From Eledone cirrhosa (taxonomy: Eukaryota), in assembly GCA_964016885.1 (NCBI GenBank), contig OZ024742.1, forward strand, positions 152,768,001-152,832,000: DNA of 64,000 bases, given 5' to 3'. The notes beneath the pieces were generated by a model, which was not told the origin of the DNA, made no database searches, and saw only the letters and a list, made by a program, of their open reading frames with translations. Below, piece after piece: positions 54,777-64,000 of the stretch. Each line of letters begins with the position of its first letter. The first letter of the stretch is position 1. The position numbers and the translations under genes are program-made.

Positions 54777-55046
54777 AAAGACTAATCATAATTGCTGCAA
54801 ACTAAATAAACTTCAACAAAGTATCATGCAATTCATTTATACGGAATTGAAAGGATGGTTGTAACAAAATTGAAATTAAATTTACCGTTGGCTCAATTGT
54901 TATATAATATACTTTGTGTATTAACTATTTCCTACACAATATATAACGTCAATGTTTTTTTTATTATACATAGTTATTCGTAATTTGTAACACCATTATC
55001 AGCTCTCTACATAACCAGTTTAGTACATTATAAAAACTAAACTATC

Positions 55047-55142
<96 letters not shown>

Positions 55143-56442
55143 TGTCTGAAAAGTAATGCACATTGATGTTTGTATGTTGGTTTACAAAATAGGTATTTTC
55201 TTATCGATTTTAACACTTTTATGTATTTACTTTGTATTGTAACTACAATTTTGTACTAATTAAACTTGCTATATCATTATGTATATAGACGAAAAACCAT
55301 ATCTACAATTTTGTTTACAATAGATGATTGGTCGAAATTAATACTTTTATCCTGTGAATTGTAGTTCTTAAGTAGATGAAAGAATTTAAAGAGATTATGG
55401 ACAAAACAGATTGATAGAATACTTGATAGAATAAAAAAAGACAAGAAAAACGTATATATATATAGAGATATTAAATAACATTAACAGACGGAAATTATTT
55501 TAAACAATTTTACAGACAAGTGGAAAAGTATGTAAAAATCGCAGATAAAAATATTCACGAACAAAAGATATTGATTTTTTTTCCTAGTAGGCATCACGAA
55601 ATATATACTGGCGTAGCTGATAAAATCGATGTTAAAATATCACTGGTGCTTGTTCCATAGCTGGTAAGAAGATAATGATCAATACTGAAAGGTATATGAT
55701 CTCCGGGCAGATTTCCTGAGTTACATGTAATGAAACAATTAAACCTGATTCAGTTTGCTTAAATTTTTTGTTATTTTAAAACCTATAGCTTTAAAGCAAT
55801 TATGAAAATAATTGATAATTTTAAGGTGCGTATTAACATCAATAAGTTTGATATCATTTATCTGGTGTTTGGAGTATAACTTAACAAAGTTGCTATGAAA
55901 TTATGATGGGATTGTTTTAGAAAAATGTAAACACATTAAAAGAAACATATTTGTATCAGAGATCCAGGAATCAGGATGCTTAGTATCAAAGTCGTTAAAT
56001 ATATGAATAAAAGACTCAATTTATCAATTGTTCATTTATAGATTATATAAAGAGAAGTTGGAGAGATGTTGCGTTCTGACTTTTAAATTAGTTTCATAAT
56101 TAAAATAAAATGTTATCAAACCTTTTTCAAAGCGGGTTGAATGAGATGTTCGACGAAATAAAAAGTCAATCTATTAGGCTGAAAAGATGAAAGAGGATCT
56201 GATATAATAGAAAAATTGGCAAAATATAAGAGTTAGGAGATTTTTAAAATAATTTATTTTTTAAGTACTCAACTTTAATAATACAGATATTAGCACTCAC
56301 ACACATATATGTATGTATGTATGAATGTATACTTACATATATGTCAGTGTGCCTGTATGTAGGTATTCTTGTATGTAAGTATGGATGTAAGTATAGATGT
56401 ATTTATGTATGTATGTATATATGTATGTATGTATGAATTATG

Positions 56443-57021
56443 TCAGGTCACCAGTTGGTGCTACTGGTAACATGTATCCCAGTACAACCTGACTCATGAT
56501 CGGGTGGTTGGCGACTAAACTGGCAACCCCCCTGCAGGACTAAAAACGAAACCCGTCAAAGGGCAAAGGCGCTCTTAAGAGTCAATAGCCATCCAAAATC
56601 ACCGGGAGAGATGACCCCTTAGCCTTTGTCAAGGCAGAATTCTAGGTGAACGAAAACTCTGATATAACACCTGCAACCCTGATGCTATCCGATGATGTTA
56701 ACTTGTTCTTTTTTTGGTAAATATCATCTTGGTTAAGAGAGTGGGACTGGCTTTGTGCAGTGCCTTTGGTCACTATAAAAGCATCACGGCACAGGCATTG
56801 CTTTATATCTGGAGATCTCTCTGCACTTGTATTCACATGGTACCATGGGCCCAGCACTATGTGTCAATAATTGTCACAAGTCTAGTGTTTGTACTAGAAT
56901 GTTCAAGTCGCTGGCTGGACTAAAAAGTCACACTCGTTCAACGCATCGGTGGGGGTTCTCCTACATGGATATAAAGTAGTGGCCGCACTCGAAAACGAGT
57001 TGGCAGCCACCATGTATGAAT
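56443..57021 (+). mobile_element. Non-autonomous bipartite RTE-derived element, longer copy
   Basis: 5' part with GGCAGAATTCTAGGTGAACGAAAACTCTGA (RTE 5'-like), 3' part HKSSVCTRMFKSLAGLKSHTRSTH; ATGTATGAAT on both flanks. Confidence 0.7.
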
Positions 57022-57673
57022 GAATATTCGTGTATGTTTTGTCAAAATATTAGTACATTTGTCGATCATGACCCTATGTGGTATGGGTTGTGTTATTGCT
57101 GTTAGGAAAGCGATAAATATTATGTATGTATATTCTGCCATTCTATTAATTTAGAAATTAATTTTGATAGGTCATTTCCTGAGGCAAGCTTCTAAAGACA
57201 GTGAAATTAACATCGCCACTTGCGTTAGCCTCATCATTTGAATTTTAAGAAGGTTTTACTGATTTTGAATGTTTCAGACACGGCGGCCATTTCTACCTTA
57301 TGAATTAAGAAGCTACCTTCTTTCTCCCAAAATTCAATTCAGTCGTACTTTGGTCGCGGTGGGTTGCTATAAAACCTATAGCTCAGTTACCAATGGGCGT
57401 GAAGCTGATGGTCTATCTTAGATAGTGGATCTACAACTCCTAATTAATGGTGCTTAGTTATCCTCCTTCTCTTGTACTTTCCTTTTATTTACTGTTAGTT
57501 CCCAATCAACAATATCAGGCCGGTTGTGGTATAATTTAGAGAAAGTTATATTTTTATGTTCCACCTGTATTCCGTTGAGTAATCAGCCTTATCTTCTTCG
57601 ATATTTCTTATTTTCTTCTTCCCGAATGCCTTCCAGACCTATGTACATATAGCAGAATGACGCTACAAACACC

Positions 57674-58335
57674 CGGTCGGAGCCAATGAAAGCAAATCAC
57701 TGCCGTAGCACTGCACTTAGTAGAAGAACATCGAGAACAAAAGAGTCAATCGAGTCGGTGCCAATGAAAATGACAAACTTTGCAAGGCACTTCAAATACC
57801 ATAGATGTACACTGAGAACGAACTTTCGGAGCTAATGCAAGCGAAGTACTGTCCTAGAATTATGGTAGCAAAAGAAGGTACTGATACAAGCAAAGCACTC
57901 CTCGCAGCGCTACGGATAGCTGAAAGACACAGAGACAACGCTATGCGTTGACGAAGGACGGTTAGTTCAACGGTAGGTGCTAAGGCAGCTCTATACATAG
58001 CTATCTGGCACCGAGAACGATGAGAAAGAGCCAATGCAAGCGATGCACTGAACTGTTAGCGCAAATGCAATAGATGCACGACATGTTGCGTTAAGCATAG
58101 CAGTAGGACGCTGAAACCAAAAGATCGCCGCGAATGCCGCCGAGAATGAACGGTCTGTGCCATTTGAAGCGAAACACTGCTCGCAACTTTACGTGAGCAG
58201 GTGAACGAGAATGAACCTTCGGCGCCAATACATGCATAAACTGCCCGCAGTAGTTGCGTAGTAATAGGACTCGTGAAAGAACGGTCGGTGCCAATTCAAC
58301 TGTTATGCGTACCAGAGTGACACCGAGAACGAGTG
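57674..58335. repeat. Degenerate array of a ~30-bp motif with variable spacers
   Basis: CCGAGAAYGAACGGTCGGTGCCAATG-like motif recurring ~8 times in a GC-richer island. Confidence 0.6.
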
Positions 58336-59009
58336 GTTGAATGCAACTATGTATATTCTCAATTCGTCTTCTAACTTGTAAAAGTAGGAAATAAAAAAGA
58401 AAATTCAAGTAGTCTTTTTGCCTTTCTTACAGATTGAACACTTTACATCTAGTGCCATTTAAAATGTTCATTTATAGCATCCTGAACGTGTAACATTATA
58501 TCACTTGGACAATTCAATTTTCGTGACGTTTTGTTAAAGTGATATAGTGAAAATCTATCTATAATTTCTCAAGACTTTACGTGCTTCATATTTTATACAT
58601 ATTTATTTATATAGATTATATCCTTGAATACCGGTTTCGGTCCCACTACAAATTGACAAAGACTAATTTTACTCTCATCTATTTTTTTAAAGATTTGTTT
58701 ATTATTTCCTTTTTTGGTCTTAATATTTTACTGTCGCTTGCGGTCTAATCCATGTAGATAACTTTCAATATGTTTACTCGTGATATTTTCTGTCTCTGCT
58801 TCTATCTCTTCTTGAACTACTGCATTTAATATTATATACAATGGGTCCGTTTTATGTTGTTACATACAATCATTCAATATAAAAAAAACATCGTCTTCTT
58901 ATTGCTATTTTTGTTTTCTTGCGGCGTAGTTGGTTTTATACTGTGAATGGGCAGATTCAATAGATTATTGGATAGAAGCTTTACAGTATTTTTTTCCGCT
59001 GCTTTAATT

Positions 59010-59372
59010 TCTCAGTTCAAATACTGGTGAGGTTAATTTTGTTTTTTATCCTCTCGGTGTCGATAAAATAATGTACCAGTTATATACATGTTTCGAGAGA
59101 ATCGACTTTCGTTTTCCCTCACATCATCGACAATGTGTAAGTGTTTGAAAAAATTAGGCGGTGGATTTGCATTATCGGTAGAGAGTCGAATACTGAGCTT
59201 CGTGGCATGATGTTATGGCCCTTTATGTTCTGAGTTCAAATCCCACCTAGGTTAGTTTTACTCTTAAATCCATGCAGGGTCGATGACATAAAGTACCAAT
59301 AATGCACTGGGGTCCATATAAGGGATTTCCCCTCCCACAAATGTCTGGCCTTGTGCCTATGATAGAAATCAT
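59010..59372 (+). mobile_element. Two adjacent eroded Nin/Deu-type SINE copies
   Basis: GTTCAAAT B boxes at ~59015 and ~59234, each followed by GTCGAT..AAAGTACC; second ends TGGCCTTGTGCCT..TAGAAA. Confidence 0.7.
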
Positions 59373-59553
59373 TATTATTAATGTTGTTGTTATTGCAGTT
59401 GCTTTTCTTTTACATTTTGATAGCCTCATACATATTTTCGATTGTTGTTGATTGGAAAATATTTTTAGAGTAAAAAATGTAAAAATATGTAATTTAATTT
59501 TTAGAATACATGAACAGATTATATGCCCGTTAAAAATTTACAAAGCGCATTAG

Positions 59554-60530
<977 letters not shown>

Positions 60531-60732
60531 TATAAATTATATATATATGGAAATATATACACACACACAAACATATATATGTGTGTGTGTGTGTATACAT
60601 ATAAATGTGTGCGTGTTCGTGTGTGTGCGCATTTGTATGTATGTGAATGTATATATGTATATATATATACATATATATGTGTGTGCGTGTATTTGGATAT
60701 ATATATTCATGTACTCTCTCACACACACACAT

Positions 60733-60820
<88 letters not shown>

Positions 60821-61493
60821 GCGTGTATTTAAAACATATATGAATATGTTTATCTATATATTTACCCATTTATAATATATATATATCTGTTTCTATGTAG
60901 CTATGCCTCTATATGTATGCGTATATCTACCTTTTATATATATTCACACACGAATTAAAATCGCATAAGATCGAAAGTAGAATGAAGAAACTTTTTGTTT
61001 TTCGCTTAAGTATTTATTCTTTTAAATTACCTCCGAGCGTTTATCCTTTTGATCTTAATTGAAACTATTCACATATTTCCAGAGAATATGTGTATTTTAA
61101 GTGCTACATTACTGTTTTTGCTTCTTTTATCTACGTTGTCAAAATGAAAGAAGAATTATTAAATAACTTACCGCAAGGAAAAATAAAATGTAAAAACAAG
61201 GAAAGATAACTCATTTCGTTTACTTCATGTTTCCACTGGAAATTTTCAATAATGATATACTAAATGGACTTATAAAAAGGATGTCCGTCTCCCATTTACG
61301 GCACATTATATAAATATAGCGTGCTTGAATTATTAATACAATCAGTCAATCTTGAATATAAGAATTTTGTTTAAATTTCCAATAATTTAATACTTACTGA
61401 CTTGAAAGTTTGCATATATGTGTAAGCATGTGTTAATAGTTGTATGTAAGTATATAAGAATTGCATGCAAATATGTGCATATATGGACTCCCA

Positions 61494-61571
<78 letters not shown>

Positions 61572-62094
61572 ATATATATATATATATGTATGGACTGTTT
61601 ATACATAGATGTGTATATGTACATATATTTTTGAACGTACCATACACACAGCTATCCCTATATATAAACACAGATATGTATACATGTGTGTGTACATATA
61701 TAATAGAAGGAATTTATCTGCACTTATATGATTTTGCATACATTCATATCATTTTTATCCAATAGAATACTGCAGGAGATTAAATACACATATGCGTACT
61801 GCATGAATCGTGCATTTTAGTTGTAAAACTAGACATACACGCTAATTCTCTGATTTTAATGGGACTAATTTTTTTTCTCGATATATGTGAAAATATGGTA
61901 TCATACAATAAAATTGATAATGGAAAATCGGAAATATAATATAGTATTCATTGTAAATCGCTTCTCTCTCTCTCTCTCCCACTTTGTACATACACACATA
62001 TACATATTATGTGTGTGTGTGGAGCTAGATAAATTTATACGAATAGCTACCCACGCTTATAATGGGAATAATATTAATAATAATAATAATAATA

Positions 62095-62948
<854 letters not shown>

Positions 62949-63384
62949 TTGGCAGGACGTTTACACCAATACTTCTGTAATAAAAAGTATTCATACGTTC
63001 TCGTTTTTTTCTCATTTCCTGTCCAGGGCAAAATATCGATTTACATTCACATTGCTGTTTAGACATCTATTCGACCGTCACCTATTTAATAATGTAGATA
63101 CGTATGTAAGTATGTATTTATGAAAGTATGTATGCATGTATGCATATATGTATGCATACATATAAATATGTTTAAATGTATGTTTTTATATATGTATGCG
63201 TGCATGTATGCAAGTGTGTATGCATATATGTATTTAACTCTTAATCTTGATTCTTTTGGCTGGCCAGCTTCCGGGTTGTTAGGTTGTAAAAATGGGAAGG
63301 CTATTAATAATATAGTGACATCAGCTGGGCAGCGGATCTCCACTATTGTGCATGCCTAACATTCTCTGCCCCATATCACTATGT

Positions 63385-63578
63385 TTGGCTTGTGGATTGG
63401 CAGTATTGGTAGAGTGTCGGATGCCATGCTTTGGCGCATAGAGTTACGGCCCTTGCCATTCTGAGTTCAAATCCCGCCGAGGTTAACTTTGCCTTTCATC
63501 CTTACGGGGTCGATAAAATAAAGTACAAGTAATACACTGGGTAATTGCTGGCCTTGTGCCTGACGTAGAAACAATTAT
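63385..63578 (+). mobile_element. tRNA-derived SINE (Nin/Deu-type domain), near complete
   Basis: A box TGGCAGTATTGG, B box GAGTTCAAATCCC, conserved central block and TGGCCTTGTGCCT end. Confidence 0.8.
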
Positions 63579-64000
63579 ATCATACGTATGTATGTTCTTC
63601 TGGTTTTATAATTTCACAAAGTTTTACCAAAGTTTTAGAGAGAGAGTCGGTTTCTAACATAGACACAAGACTCTCTCATTGGAATTTACACAACATCAAC
63701 TAGGTAGATATGTATGTATGCGTGTGTAGATATGGATGTTATTGTATGTGTGGATGTGTATGTTTTGAGTTATATATGTGCATGTGTATATGCTTTGCAT
63801 CTGTACATGTGTATATAGGAGTTATTAGATGCAAAATATTTGGAATGATTTACATATTTTTACTGTTCCATTAATGGATTGTACTTGTAATTTCCTAACT
63901 AGTTGTGTTCTTTCTGTTCCTCTGAAGCCTACGACTGTGAGGCAGTTACTAACATACCCCAGTGCCCCAATAATCACAGGCATAAATCTGAAGGTGTAAT

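Noticed and set aside
54475-54789. Poly-E/K/S ORFs
   Set aside because: Translations of (GAA)n.
63395-63480. tRNA gene
   Set aside because: A/B boxes belong to a multi-copy SINE head; no cloverleaf.

Overview
Eukaryotic, very AT-rich DNA with no recognisable host gene. Almost all long ORFs in the track are (TA)n microsatellite translations. The SINE types resemble those I associate with molluscs/cephalopods (inference only). Positions ~1-47,400 are a dense pile-up of Penelope-like retroelements (PLEs) and their terminal repeats (pLTRs), nearly all inserted into (TA)n tracts. This includes three near-full-length RT+GIY-YIG elements (19.1-23.8 kb +, 37.2-41.4 kb -, 42.6-45.7 kb -), an RT-only and an EN-only remnant of a YRDD-type clade, and many non-coding pLTR pieces in inverted or tandem arrangement. 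Reading by eye I find about 25 hammerhead ribozyme (HHR) motifs from roughly 15 unrelated repeat families. Two families carry a compensatory U3-A8 core, several have greatly enlarged stem II, two non-coding tandem units look retrozyme-like, and one candidate has permuted (type II) topology. After ~47.4 kb the sequence is ordinary intergenic/intronic DNA with old tRNA-SINEs, RTE LINE remnants, a 46-bp minisatellite grown from an RTE 3' end, a (GAA)n tract and a GC-richer degenerate motif array. Coordinates were counted by hand and may be off by a few bases; clade names are motif-based inferences.
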